Of a stretch of 64,000 nucleotides of DNA, positions 23,761 to 36,335 are shown one piece after another. The first letter of the stretch is position 1. Every line of letters starts with the position of its first letter. The translations under genes and the position numbers were made by a program. Origin of the DNA: Sphaerodactylus townsendi (Eukaryota); assembly GCF_021028975.2 (NCBI RefSeq), contig NC_059440.1, positions 15,624,001 through 15,688,000 on the forward strand. The letters are read 5' to 3'. The notes under the pieces are model-generated. The model worked only from the letters and a program-made list of their open reading frames with translations, was not told the origin of the DNA and did not search any database.

Positions 23761-25453
23761 GGAGTATCACACTTATTAAGGAATATGCACTTCTCAACAC
23801 ACCAGTGAGCCTTTACTCAGTGGGTCTCTGGAGTGGAAGCATAGTGCTTCTCCCTCCTTAGTCTCTTGCCCCATGCAGTCCATCAGCTCTTGATTCCAGT
23901 CTTTCTTTTTATTGGCAAGAATTGCTACCCCCCTCCCCCCCCCCCGGAGAATCTCCAAAGAGTTCGCAGTGCAATCCTCAAAGGAGTTGTGCCGTCAAAG
24001 CCCAGGTTTAGAAGAAAGAGAGTAACTCTTGTTTAGAACTGCACTGGGAACTGTCCGCAGTGGATGCACCTTGCGAGTTAGTCCGGGGGATTCTGCCGCC
24101 TGTTGTTGTAGCTGCAAACTGAGCTGTTGCTGTATTTGAGCACTGGGGAGGGGAGGCCATAAGTTTCTCTTAAATGCTGTTATGACTTTTAAGTTGGTAA
24201 AAGACTGTTTGTTATAGAGTATGTGACTGCTGGTGGAGCTTTCATCAACATGGGGACAGTAGGAGAGGACTTGGACGTTGATTCCATGGGGCCAAGGGTT
24301 ATTTCATCTGTGATATCCGACCTTACTAAACCTTTATTCTAGGCACCCTTATTTTCCCATTCCCAGTTTAAGTCCCTTCCCTTGCAGGCATTCTACTTGG
24401 GAGTAGTCTTGACCCTATTGATTTACGTAAAAAGAGTAGATAGGAATTCCTATAGCAAGAAAAAGAAGCAACTGGGAACAAAGTTTATTCTCTAAATTCC
24501 CACGGTGTGTTTCCAGAAATAACACCCACTTCAGTCACTGGGGTTATTCCTACGTTGATGTACATAGAATTACAGCTGTGGTTTTAAAAACTAAAACTTA
24601 TACATTCATTCCTGTTCTTCTGTTAGTGAACAGTCCACAAACATGACATTGCCATATTTATATAAATTGGTAATAATATTTGGCCTTTTGTATCATTTTC
24701 AAGTGTCCCAAATGCTTTGCATTATTTGTAATCTTTGTAGCAGTGCTATAAAGTAAACTAGTATGATAATACCCCACGCTCGGGAGCTGAGAAAGAGTGA
24801 CTTATCTAAGGCCACTGAGTGAGTTCACATCAGAAATGACATTTGAACTGAGTATCTCCTTAATCAGAACTCGTTTTTTGTTAGCTTCTATGTTACATCA
24901 GCTCATGACATAATAAAGTAAATAAATCCCAGCCCATTCAATCTTCTCAAGGATCGTTTGTGAAGGGAGGGCTGCAGGACAACCCAGCAGTGTGCCTCCA
25001 GAGTACCCATGTATCATTCAGGTCTAACACTTATACTAATGGGTTAATTTTGATTGTGTAATTTCATCTTAAAATATTTGAGGGAAGCTCCCATCCCTGT
25101 GTGTGTGGCTATCCCACTGTACTCTCCTAAATACAGTCTGAATAAATCTGATGGGTGGGGGTCCTGATTCTCTCCTTCTCCCCTGGAGTCATTGTGTGTG
25201 GGGACAGCAACAATTCAACTAGATCCTATACTTCAGAAGAAAGAACTTGCTGTGTATGTAGAAGTGCATTATAGTGACTTTCCTGATTGTCTACATGCAA
25301 CCAAGTGTCTAATTAATACATGAAATGGGGTCAAGAACTGTTTTGTATCTTTAACGTTTCTGTTGTTGTTTAGACTCTGTTTTGATTGGCTCTGTAAAAT
25401 TCCTCTCTCCTTTTAGACTACAGTGTCAAGATATTGCTCATTTCTTTTTGCAG

Positions 25454-25532
25454 GATAAGACTGTTCCAATCCCTGAAAAACTCAATGAATGGGCTCCACG
25501 TCCACCTCCAGAATTTGTCAGAGATGTCATGG
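25454..25532 (+). CDS. PRKRIP1: PRKRIP1 exon 2
   Basis: [26 protein letters not shown](G); ttttgcAG acceptor, GTAAGC donor. Confidence 0.96.
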
Positions 25533-26256
25533 GTAAGCTGCTATTTTTAGTTGTTTTCTGTTCTAATGTGTGATGGAACAAATATGTGAATTTGATAGTG
25601 GGAGGAAATATGGGGCTCTGGTTTCTTTTTCAGTGGTAGATGAGAGATGGGGTTTGAAACCTCTTTTTTCTCCTCCGAAGGTGATTTGAGGGAGGTGGGA
25701 GTTCTTTGCACCTTTTAGTACTTTATTCTTAACTTATGCATCTGAACCCCCCTGGTTGTCATGGAATTATTGCTATGAATCATTTGCGGTTCTGACTTTT
25801 CACATTGAAATCACATGTGAAATTATGACTGTAAGTGCTCAGATTCAGCAAAACAAATGATTCATGCTTCTAAAGCTTCACACTTCATGGAATAGCCAAA
25901 CTGGCAAGAAGAGGAAATGAAGCTGGCCTGGGAGCTTGCCAAGTAAACAAGGATTTGAAGCTGAGTGGCCTGGGACTTGTCTAGTACTGTCTGTCTGCAC
26001 AAGCATACGGGACATGCACATCTGCTGTGACTTTGCTGTAGTTTATCTTCCCAAGAATCTCAGTTTTTATTACATCAAGTTTCTAACCCTCATGGCTGCA
26101 AAAATATGGTTGAAAATGACCAGGTTATATTTTCTGAGATCTCATCAATCAGGGCAAGGGTTTTATCCCTACCTCTCTTAGGTTCATATTTACCATCCCT
26201 CCTTGCAATATATGATAAAGCAAAACAAAAACGATGCCCCTTTTCATCCCTGGCAG

Positions 26257-26357
26257 GTTCTAGTGCTGGAGCTGGCAGTGGGGAATTCCATGTGTACCGG
26301 CACCTTCGACGCAGAGAGTACCAGAGGCAAGATTTTATGGACGCCATGGCCGAGAAG
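26257..26357 (+). CDS. PRKRIP1: PRKRIP1 exon 3
   Basis: (G)[33 protein letters not shown], the conserved core; ggcAG acceptor, GTCAGA donor. Confidence 0.96.
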
Positions 26358-26764
26358 GTCAGATGAATTTCCCTCAAATCTTTTGGCTGAGGTGGTGGTT
26401 AGGAGGGATCGTTCGTTCTTTGTTTTCCTGTTCTTCCTCCAAAAGAACAACACTTCTTAAATGGGGAGTGATGTTCCTTAGATTGGAGGAAGATTTCAAA
26501 TTTGAGTCAAAAGGAAAGGTGGGGCATAAATATTGTAATGAATATACTCCGCTCACTGGAGGGATAGGCCCACCCCACTCTTGCTTAAGCAAATACTATT
26601 CTCATTGTAATAGCTGCCTCTCAAATATCTATCTGTATCCTGTCCCACTGAAAGTTCCAAGTTGTTTGGTGGAAGTTAAAGTAACGTTCTGCAATTCCAG
26701 TTGAAAACACTCCCAAATGTCTATGCCTTCTGCATGATATTTCTCTTCTTCAGCCACTCTCAGT

Positions 26765-27045
26765 CAAGAAGAAGAGTTGGATTTTTATCCCCACCCCCCC
26801 TCCTGAAAGGAGACTCAAAGGAGCTTACAGACTCCTTTCCCTTCCCCACTCACACCTGTGAGGTAGGTGGGGCTGAGAGAGCTCCGAAGAACTGTGACTA
26901 ACCCAAGGTCACCAAGCTGGCGGAGTGTACAGGCTAATCTGAATTCCCCACATAAGCCTCCACAGCTCAGGCGGCAGAGCGGGAATCAAACCCGGTTCCT
27001 CCAGATTAGAGTACACCTGCTCTCAACCACTCTGCTATTGCTGCT
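26765..27045 (-). mobile_element. tRNA-derived SINE (Squam3-like)
   Basis: Reverse-complement copy of the family. Confidence 0.8.
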
Positions 27046-27607
27046 CCACTCTCTTCCTTGTCTTGTTGAGAGGGGAGCGATGCTCCCTTCAACAGAGCCC
27101 TCTGCTCCTACATATTAAGTTCACTTTGCATTTAGTGTTTGTGCTTTATATTTGAATTTCAAGCAGCTGGGATACAGTGTTGTGTGTTATTGTTTGCTTT
27201 GCTTGGGTTACATTATACCCATTTGTTTTTATATTTGCGTTTGTCTGTACCCAGACATGCAGCAGTTCTGCTATTCACTGTATGTCTACTTCTGTTTGGC
27301 TCAAAGAGAAGTTGTTGTCAGTTTACATGGCTCAGTTCTTTGCATTCCTTTGAAATTTTAAGCATACATTAAAGCATACATGCTCAACTGTTTTGCTCAA
27401 GTTTGTGTTTTTAACAGGGCCTTCTGTCATGTTAACTAGGAATTAATCCCCCCAAGGCCCACATCATTTAAGTTATAATACTGATTGTGTATTAAAAGTT
27501 CTGGACGATGGTGGAAAAATCAGTCTTAAGAACCAAGAAGATTCAAAGCAAATGCAACAGCGCGTTGTTCAGTTTGTAATGAAAATGTCCCTTGTTCTTC
27601 GTCCCAG

Positions 27608-27693
27608 CAAAAACTGGATGACGAATACCAGAAGAAACTTGAAAAGAACAAAACAGTCGCAGAGGAACAGACGGCGAAACGTCGAAAGAAACG
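27608..27693 (+). CDS. PRKRIP1: PRKRIP1 exon 4
   Basis: QKLDDEYQKKLEKNKTVAEEQTAKRRKK(R); cccAG acceptor, GTGAGG donor. Confidence 0.94.
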
Positions 27694-28577
27694 GTGAGGG
27701 CAGATGCCTGACTTGACTCTGTGGTGGTGTCACCCCTCCCCCCTCAAACAAAAGAGGAACAATTCTTTACATATTTACTTATTCTTTACATCTTTACTTA
27801 TTTTCTAAAAAATACAGTCCTGTGGTGCTGGGCATTATGTAAAGAAACATAAAATAATTTAAAAAATGACTAACACTCAAACAGGTTGTTGTCGGATGTT
27901 GTCTGTAGCATGGTGGCTTTCAATCTTGAAACTACTGGCAACTATCATGTATGGAGCATTAGCCTTGAATGCCCCCCCCGCCCCCCCCCAGCCATGAAGG
28001 GGGAAAATAGGACATAAAAGCAGCATTCAAGATCAGGCAGCTATATATCTATGACAGAAAGCAATTCTAAGAACAATTCCACTTTTAATTTGAGTGCAGT
28101 CAAGCCTGGGGAAGGAATCTGGGATTTTATCATTATGGCAAGTTGACCACCATAATTTATCTCCAGGCAGTCATCAGCTCTTGCAGATGGAGAGAAGGGG
28201 CTTCCTAAAATTCCACAGGCCTGCCATTATCCTGTAACCCTAAAAAAGTTCAGGCTGTCCCCCAAGATTTGTAGTCTGCTTCCATTAGGTCCCAGTTTAA
28301 CATGGGAACAGGGCAGCTGTCTTCTGATAAATAAGGGGAAATTTAAAAACTTGAACCTACTAGCAGCAACTTATGAAAGGCATTTGTCTGCCAAAGACCC
28401 CATTAAACATAGAACTAGGATGAGTTCAGAGCTTAAACAATTAACTCTGGGAAACTGCACAGATTAGTGCCCTTATAAATCAAGAATATTGTTAAAACAC
28501 ATAGCAAGGTATAGTTCACGTTTGTGTGTGTGTATATATATATATATATATAAAAACATTCCTTGCTTTCTTTACAG

Positions 28578-28645
28578 CCAAAAATTGAAAGAAAAGAAAT
28601 TGCAGGCAAAGAAGAGTAAACTTGAACAAAAGAAAGAGCAAGAAG
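28578..28645 (+). CDS. PRKRIP1: PRKRIP1 exon 5
   Basis: QKLKEKKLQAKKSKLEQKKEQE; tttacAG acceptor, GTAAGA donor; phases consistent. Confidence 0.93.
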
Positions 28646-29050
28646 GTAAGATGGACACTTGCGGGTGTGAGTGGATGTGGTGCCATCCACAGAGAGATTC
28701 CAGTGATTCAGAAGAAATTCAGCATCTGCAGGATGTGCCTAGGATAAGAGCGTATGAAGCCAGGTTATGGCTTTCTAGCTCCACTGATTGCCCTGTTCAA
28801 GAGGGTATCTTGCACAGCGGGTCTTGGGGAGTGTCAGGGCAGTTATAAAGAAAAGGCAATATGCAGTGGTATACTGGTTAAGAGCAGGGGAGGGAAAGGA
28901 GATTGTAAGCTCCTTTGAGTCTCCTTACAGGAGAGAAAGGGGTGGATATAAATCCAAACTCTTCTCTTAGAGAGAAGCAGGTGTTAAGTAGGTGTGAGGA
29001 CTCTGGGCAGGGGATGCAGTGAAGTAGCCCTCACCTTCCTGAGGAACAGT

Positions 29051-29191
29051 GGCCCCTTCCGCACACACAAAATAATGCGTTTTCAGACCACTTTCACAAC
29101 TGTTTGCAAGTGAATTTTGCTATTCCACACAGCTTCAAAGAGCACTGAAAGCAGTTTGAAAGTGCATTATTTTGCATGTGCGGAATGAGCC
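29051..29191. mobile_element. PIF/Harbinger-type MITE (141 bp)
   Basis: TSD AGT. Confidence 0.85.
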
Positions 29192-29837
29192 AGTCATTCT
29201 CAGATAAGCTCAAAACAGATAGAACTTCTAGCTGCTTAAAGAACACACTCCCAGTTTTGGGTGCTGGACTGTCGGACGAATGAAGGACTGTTGGTTCAGG
29301 CTCTGGACTAAGCTGGACAGGGTACGAAGGGCATAGAGCAAGGGTGACTAACATGATGTCTGGGGACCGCTTGAGAGGGCTTATCAGGCCCGCAAGCTCG
29401 CTGAAGCAACTCCCCCGCCTTCCAATCTGGCCTGCCAAACCCTCCACTCCATACACACACACTCCCAATCTGATCTGGCAAGCCACCCTCCCCATGCCAA
29501 TCTGGGCTGGTGAGTCTGCTGCGGGTTCAGTAGTTGAGGGACACCCCCCCTCCCCCCCACACACACCCGGCCGAGCCTGACGGTCATATTTACATCATAC
29601 CCAGCCATACATCATAACAAAGGAGCTCAACATCACTGGCATAGAGGCTGTAAATACTGTAGCCTGTCATGAGGAAAGAGCTTTGCTTTTGTTCTGGAAA
29701 TAATTCTCCCAACACTAATTCCAGTCTGGGTGCAGAGAAGAGTGGAGAAGAGGACTCTGGGATTACAATTCTGGAGAAAGGGCTGCCTATTTGAAGCTAA
29801 CAAGTTATCTCCACATCTGTTCCTTTGCCTTTTACAG

Positions 29838-29953
29838 CTGCCGATTCTGACAGTTCTGAGAAGCAGCAGACCAGCGAAGAGGAAGACAAAGATGTTTCTG
29901 AGGAGGAGAAAGAGGATGATGCGGAAGAAGCCAGTTTTGTGACGAGGAGATAA
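29838..29953 (+). CDS. PRKRIP1: PRKRIP1 exon 6 (acidic C-terminus and stop)
   Basis: ..EEEDKDVSEEEKEDDAEEASFVTRR*, TAA at 29951-29953. Total CDS 567 nt = 188 aa. Confidence 0.92.
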
Positions 29954-30440
29954 TGGTGCCAGCTCTGCAGTAGCCTTTCAGTCGCTGTTGAGTTCGGACG
30001 GAGCCTGGAATCTGAGCTCAGCAGACTTCATGGTGCTCTTTTGCATCTTCAGCACGGCAGAGGTGGGGCCGAAAGAATCCCCCCTGGAGCCGAGCCAGGC
30101 TACAATTTCTTCCACACTTGCTTGTGTAACTGCTGTGCAGTCCGTTGCAGGGATCCTGGGGAAACATTGCCCGTCTGACTTCTGGCGTCGCTCCGAAGGG
30201 GTGTCTGTCTGAAAGCGAACGCTTTACCCATCTGTATGTCAGGCAACCCCCCCTGAGAGGCCTAAGAAGCACAATGAGTTGATGTGACAGAGCACAGAAT
30301 ATGACTCCAAAGCAGAGGAAGTGTCCGGACTTCTCCGTTGCAGAAGAGCAGAATGATTTGAGAATCTGTATTGGACTTGAAAAGATTGTTCTTTTCATTT
30401 GAGAAACGTGCTGTATACTTTGGTCCCAGAGAGTTCTGTG

Positions 30441-30446
30441 AATAAA
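30441..30446 (+). terminator. Probable PRKRIP1 polyadenylation signal
   Basis: AATAAA about 490 nt after the stop, followed by a GT-rich tract (gtgcgtgtctttgt). Confidence 0.7.
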
Positions 30447-30939
30447 AGGGGGGTCCTTTGAGCACGTGCGTGTCTTTGTACTTATGTCAAGAAGAAATCA
30501 AGGGAAGACAAGGCAACGAATATCGGTTAGGTGTGAGAGCTGAATGGATCGATCACACTGTGCTTCAGAATACCAGCTGTAGCCATTGCCCACTGCTTGT
30601 ATGCCCTTTCTTGGGGGTATCTGGCTAGCCAGAGCTAGGAACAGAGTACTGGCTTAGGTGGACCAAGGTCCAGTCTAGCTCAGCAGTCCTGAAATTACTA
30701 AACTGTGTTTGTTGGTCTCCTAATATGTCAAACTAAGCCAGAGAATGATTTTGCAAGATTCGTAGAGGCATTTGGGTGGTTATGTAAAAGCAAGCAGCTT
30801 CATCCGTCGGGGCTCACGGAACAAGTTTTCTAGAGAAAAAAAGATGCTTCACGTTCTTCAACATGTAGCAAAATGGAAATCCCACATGGTAGCCTCTGTA
30901 ATGGAAAACGATTCTATCATTTTAACTATGAATGAAAAA

Positions 30940-31130
30940 AACTGCTGACAAGTCATAGCTGACTTATGACAACCCCAGTTTGAAGGCAAGAGACTTTCAG
31001 AAGTAATTTAGCATTGCTTGCCTGTGTGTCATGACCCTGGTAAACCCTGGTGGTCTCTCATCCAAAGACAGACCAGAACTGATCCGGCTTAGCTTGTGAG
31101 ATCCGACAAGATTGGACTAACCTGGGTTAG
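30940..31130 (-). mobile_element. 5S rRNA-derived SINE
   Basis: ggtggtctctcatccaaag..gcttagcttgtgagatccgacaagattgg resembles the reverse complement of 5S rRNA, joined to a Sauria-like tail. Confidence 0.65.
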
Positions 31131-33099
31131 AAAATAAACCTGCATTATCTGGTTTTATTATATTGTATCCAGCTTTTCAGCCAACTGTTGTCCCCTACAG
31201 TAAATCAAAGGAATGGGAGTATGTATGATAGCGCAATAAAAACATTCTCGGTGGAGAAGATGGTCAGATTCTTTTGTATCTTAATAGCAGCTGAGGAAGG
31301 GAGGGGACTCGCAGGTGGAATTCTCGATTTTAACAGGCAATTTCATGTACATTCTCATAATTTTTACTATGGCTCTGTAAGGCAGGTCAGTCTTCATTTT
31401 GTTGCAGGAGGTGTGAAAAGAGGGTGAGAGATTTGTGGCTTGCTAATGGACACTTATTGAATTCAAGGCTTGAGGTGATTTTTCCCCAGATCACACTTTA
31501 ATATTTGCATTCTGAACGTACAAAGGACTTAACGGACCACAATCTTTCATGATTGTTGCTATAACCCTTCAAAGCAGGTCAGTTAGTAAGATTTGCATTT
31601 GGCCAATGGCAGGCAGACTGAGAGAAAGGCTTGCCTTACGCTGCCTAGAAAGTTTCAAATGGAGAGTAGAATCATAGAGTTGGAAGAGACCCCAAGGGCC
31701 ATCAAGTCCGACCCCCTGCAATGCAGGAACACATAAGTCTCAAGGCTTCTGGCAACTGGACTACAATACCTCGTCTGTAAATTACCCTAGACTTGAATGT
31801 GCTGTTGACATTTCTGGATGAATGTTGCCCTCATGCTGTACTGGCTTCCTAGGGCAAATTTGGGAACAATTCGAAGTTTCCTCTCTATATTTCTAAGAGG
31901 TTTCCTGCGTCTGCTTTATTGCACTCATTTGGAAGCAGGTAAAGCTGTTTCTGGAAAGTTTGCTGAGTGAGGAAGCAGCAGTGGCTCATCTGCTTCGACA
32001 GTTCAAAACTCATTTTTTAAGAGGTTACAGAGTCCCTTTTTTAGCAGAACAAAATGACCTAATTCGGCTGTCCAGTAACTATGTCAGAGCAAGTACTTCT
32101 GTCCTGTTCTCATAGCTTTTGTGTCATATTTTAAAGAATAAGCAGGACAAAATTTGTTCCCAGTAGAACCTTAAAGGCGAACAAAAATGTTGCTGGGTGT
32201 AAGCCACCTCAAGTGTGAGCCGTCCTGAACCCGGCCTCTGGGTAGGGTAGGGCAGGATATATAAGCCCAAAATAAAGTAAAAGTAAATAGCTTTTGCGAA
32301 TCACTGCTGTCTTACATATTGAGTGAATCGCTGCTGTCCTATTGAGCTTTGACTCACAAAAGCTTACACCCTAAACATGTTTCTGTTCATTTTTAAGGGG
32401 CTACTGGACTTGAATTGTATTCTACCGCAACGAACACAGCTATCCACGTGAAATTAAAGAATATGCAGTAACAGGAAGGGGTGAACTTTGAACGTTCTCC
32501 TGTGGAGTCTCCATATTTTCCCACTGTTCAGAGCTATTGTTCCTTTTCTTTTGATGGATGGGAGTTCTTTTATTTATTAAAAAATATTTATCTGGGTTTC
32601 CTAAATACTGTAGGGCAGCTTGCTTTGAAACTAAAGCATACTATTAGTCTTGGCCAGGGTTTCTTCATAGCAAAGGCAGTTCATCAGTAGAGCATATGTT
32701 CAGCATATTAATACAAATTGGCTCATGTTTGATCCTCAAAATGCTACCAGCAATGACTCTCTGGGGACTGGAGTTTTTATTTTTTTTTACAGCACAGCAT
32801 GGGAACAGAACTCATTTGTCCAGTCCTGTGCCAGTTTTAGAACTGGCTGTTCTAGCTAGAAGAGAGTGATTTAGAACAGGGACAAGTCACTTAATGATAT
32901 AGTATGATTTATGGGAAAGTGGGAAAGTTAACATATTTATCCTCACCAACACAAGCTCCCCAAATGGCTGAAACTTGTAATATAAACTATAAAATTCATA
33001 TTTAAAAATTAGAATACAGGTAGTTTTCTTTCAGCTACCAGTCAGCTAAAACTCAGTACAACAAACATTATTTCAAGGAATCCCATTTTGTTGGTATTA

Positions 33100-33460
33100 A
33101 GTTCCATTCCAAAACTGCCTCCAGGCACTTGTTGACAGGGATCCTCCTGTTCCCTGGGATTTGCTAGAAGTGTGAGGTAGATCTGAGGGCCATATGTGGA
33201 CAACTAAGGCCAAATCTCCAGATGACCTCATCCAGCAGCTTTGAAAAGCATGGGGGACACAATGGAACTCTGCATAGTCACAAAGGACAAGGGGTGGAGC
33301 TCCTGTTCCCCCACCCCACCCCCGCCACACATATCCCACTGAAACATACCTTCAAAGTAGGACTGAACCCACTGTAGGACCATGCCTCCCAGCCCCATCC
33401 CTGAAAGGTGGTTCAGAAGGATACAATGACTGATGGTATCAAAACTCACCTAAAGGTCTA
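33100..33460 (-). mobile_element. L2/CR1-clade reverse transcriptase fragment
   Basis: Translates SFDTISHCILLNHLSGMGLGGMVLQWVQSYF, the AFDT..H..LL..L..G..G..L.W..SYL RT motif. Confidence 0.7.
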
Positions 33461-33464
33461 GGAG

Positions 33465-33750
33465 AAGATGAGTTTGGTTTTAAACCTCACTTTTCTCTCC
33501 TGTAAGGAGTCTAAAACTGCTTACAAACTCCTTCCCTTCCTCTCCCCACAACAGACACCTTGTAAGGTTAAGTGGGGCTGAGAGAGTTCAGACAGAAATG
33601 TGACTAACTTAGGTCATCCAGCCGGCTTCATGTGCAGGAGTAGGGAAACAAATCCAGTTTACCAGTAAAGGGTATGCTGCTCAGGTTGAGGAGTGGGGAA
33701 CCAACTCTGGTTCTTCAGATAAGAGTCCACTGCTCTTAACCACTACACCA
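33465..33750 (-). mobile_element. tRNA-derived SINE (Squam3-like)
   Basis: Reverse-complement copy ending gctcttaaccactacaccac. Confidence 0.8.
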
Positions 33751-34629
33751 CACATGTCCATCTATGTTGCATGGATGACATGTCAACCACCAGAGCAACC
33801 AAGGTTGTTTCATTGGCCTGAAACCGAACTGGAACAGATCTAATCAAATCCACTTTGTTCAGGAATCCCTAAAGTTGTCCAGACCCTATACATTCAATCT
33901 CTTTGCTCACAAATTATACATTTGAGACTGTATGGCAGTTATTCGACTCTCCTGAATCCAGACTGGATTCCTTTAGAAGTCGACCCATGTAAAGGTGCTA
34001 AGTTCAAAATTTCAAATACTATCACCTGCAGTTTGAAGTTTTCTAGGAATAGGGTTGGTAAAGCTCTCAACCTGAAACTACAAAAACCACCTGCCATTTG
34101 GAATGGAAAATATTCAGCTTAAATGGATTGATGATCTGAGTTTACATAATGAATTTTTTTAAAGCTTGGAAAGAAACACATTACAGGTTGGAGTAACATG
34201 GTAATATTTTTGAAAACATTACATACTGTCTTAGAAAAACCAGAGAGGTTTCTCCCTCCCGAAGTACTATAACTCTGCACCCTTCACTGAAGTTGACAGG
34301 CATTGGATTCAGGGCAATAGAAAAGGAAATTATCTTTCTTGCAGTGTGTAATTATCTTGTGGCAGATACCTTGAATGACTTTAAAAGGAGATTAAAGAAA
34401 TCTATGGATGTCTTCCTATGGCAATTAGCTATGATGGAAAGGAGGCAACAAAGCAGGCTTGAGAAGGCACAGAGGACAAAGCTCCCCCAGTGAAATCAGG
34501 TCACTTTTTTGACTCAGCCCTCCATCCTTCTGAGGCCAAGAAAATGAGTATCCAGCTTGCTGGGGGTAAAGTGCAAATGACCAGGGAAGGCAATAGCAAA
34601 CCACCCCATTGTCATGATCGGTCCAGTTC

Positions 34630-35045
34630 GGTATAAGCATCTCTGGCTTATAATATCTTTTATATATACTTAAACACATTTAATATATTTTAACTGATGT
34701 ATTAATTGTATTACATTTTATGACATTATTATAATCCTGCCATTATATTACGTATAATATGATCTAGGTACAAGCAAGTTTTAATATCGGTTACATATAT
34801 TTAACATACTCAATATATATTTAACAGACTATTATAATTGTATTACATTTTATATTATTATAACCCTACCATTTGATTGATTATAACATGACTCAGGTAT
34901 AAGCATCTCTGAGTTTTAATATCTTTTTTAGATATTTTAACTGACGTATTAATTGTATTATATTATTATAACCCTGCCAATTTTATTGATTATAATGTAA
35001 CAGGTATGAGCATCTCTGAGTTTTAATATATTTTATATATGTTTA
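34630..35045. repeat. Degenerate AT-rich minisatellite (about 110-135 bp units, about 3.3 copies)
   Basis: ggtataagcatctctg, ttaattgtattacattttat and ttataaccctgcca recur in units starting near 34631, 34767, 34896 and 35003. Confidence 0.75.
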
Positions 35046-35239
35046 AAGCTCTCTATACTGTATTTAGTTGCAAATTTTGGCCTTGGACCATAATAATAAA
35101 GTATTCTAATTCTAAATTCCAGATAGGAACGGCAACGAAATTATATAAATATATGGAATAAATAAGGCTGAGGTAAAATGTCAAACGACCCCTCCCTTCC
35201 CCAAACCCTCCCTCCATCGGCCTCCCTGAAGCTCCCACA

Positions 35240-35489
35240 AGTACTCAGCTCGAGGGGTGTGAAGAGGGAGGACAGACCGGCTGGGACTGTGAGTCACGTG
35301 ACGGGCTGCGCCCTCCGCGACGGCTAGGCGAGGCGATCACGTGACGGGGCCCCGGCGTTGCCTTGGCAGCGGCGGAGGCGGCGGTGATTGGGCGGCGGTG
35401 TCTGTGGGGCTTCTCTGGCCGCTGGCTGGAGGAGGAAGAGGAGGAGGTTGGCGGGGCAAGTGAAGAAGGCTGAGGCAGGGCAAGGCCCG
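35240..35489 (+). promoter_or_regulatory. ORAI2: ORAI2 CpG-island promoter and non-coding exon 1
   Basis: CpG island, two TCACGTGAC E-boxes (35293-35302 and 35337-35345), strong donor CCG|GTAAGG at 35490. It is the only island between PRKRIP1 and the ORAI2 CDS. Confidence 0.7.
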
Positions 35490-35724
35490 GTAAGGCGGGC
35501 AATGGCCGGGATTTTGCCCCTGGGGAGGGGTGCTGGGGTGTTTATTTATTCATAATGAGGTAAATAGGACGCGTCCTCCGCCTCCTCTCGGTGGGACCAG
35601 CTGTGAAATACCTCTGTTTTCTATAAAGGTAATAGGGCTGTGTTACAGTCAATACAGTAGTGCTATAATAAAGGGGACGGGCCTGTGGACCATGCTAGTG
35701 TATATATTATACACACATATATTA

Positions 35725-35878
35725 NNNNNNNNNNNNNNNNNNNNNNNNNNNNNNNNNNNNNNNNNNNNNNNNNNNNNNNNNNNNNNNNNNNNNNNNNNNN
35801 NNNNNNNNNNNNNNNNNNNNNNNNNNNNNNNNNNNNNNNNNNNNNNNNNNNNNNNNNNNNNNNNNNNNNNNNNNNNNN
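35725..35878. other. Assembly gap (154 N)
   Basis: N run. Confidence 1.
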
Positions 35879-36055
35879 TGCTGTTTTTTCCCCCAGCTAC
35901 ATAATTCCGTTTTTCAGCCTGGCTAACATATTATGTCTAATTCGTAAACTTTGTTTCAGAGTTCTGTAATCCTAATGCTATTACTTTGCTTATCAGATGG
36001 CTATACCGTGTTGAGTGCACTGGGTTAAGTGGTGTAATCCACCTTGGGTCTTGAG

Positions 36056-36335
36056 AGGCCAGAGAGGTGGACTTTTATCTGGAGAACTGGGTTTGAGTCC
36101 CCCACTCCTCCATATGAGCGATGGACTCTAATCTAATGAACCAGGTTTGTTCCGCCACATGAAACCAGCTGGATGACTTGGGGCAAGTCAAATTTCTGTC
36201 TGAACTCTCTCAGTCCCACCAACCTCCCAAAGTATCTGTTGTAGGGAGAGGAAGGGAAAGAAGATGGTGAGCCCCTTTGTGACTCTTTGCGGATGAGAAG
36301 AATGGGGTATAAATCCAAACTCTTCTCTTCTTCAT
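36056..36335 (+). mobile_element. tRNA-derived SINE (Squam3-like)
   Basis: Family body and tail. Confidence 0.75.
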
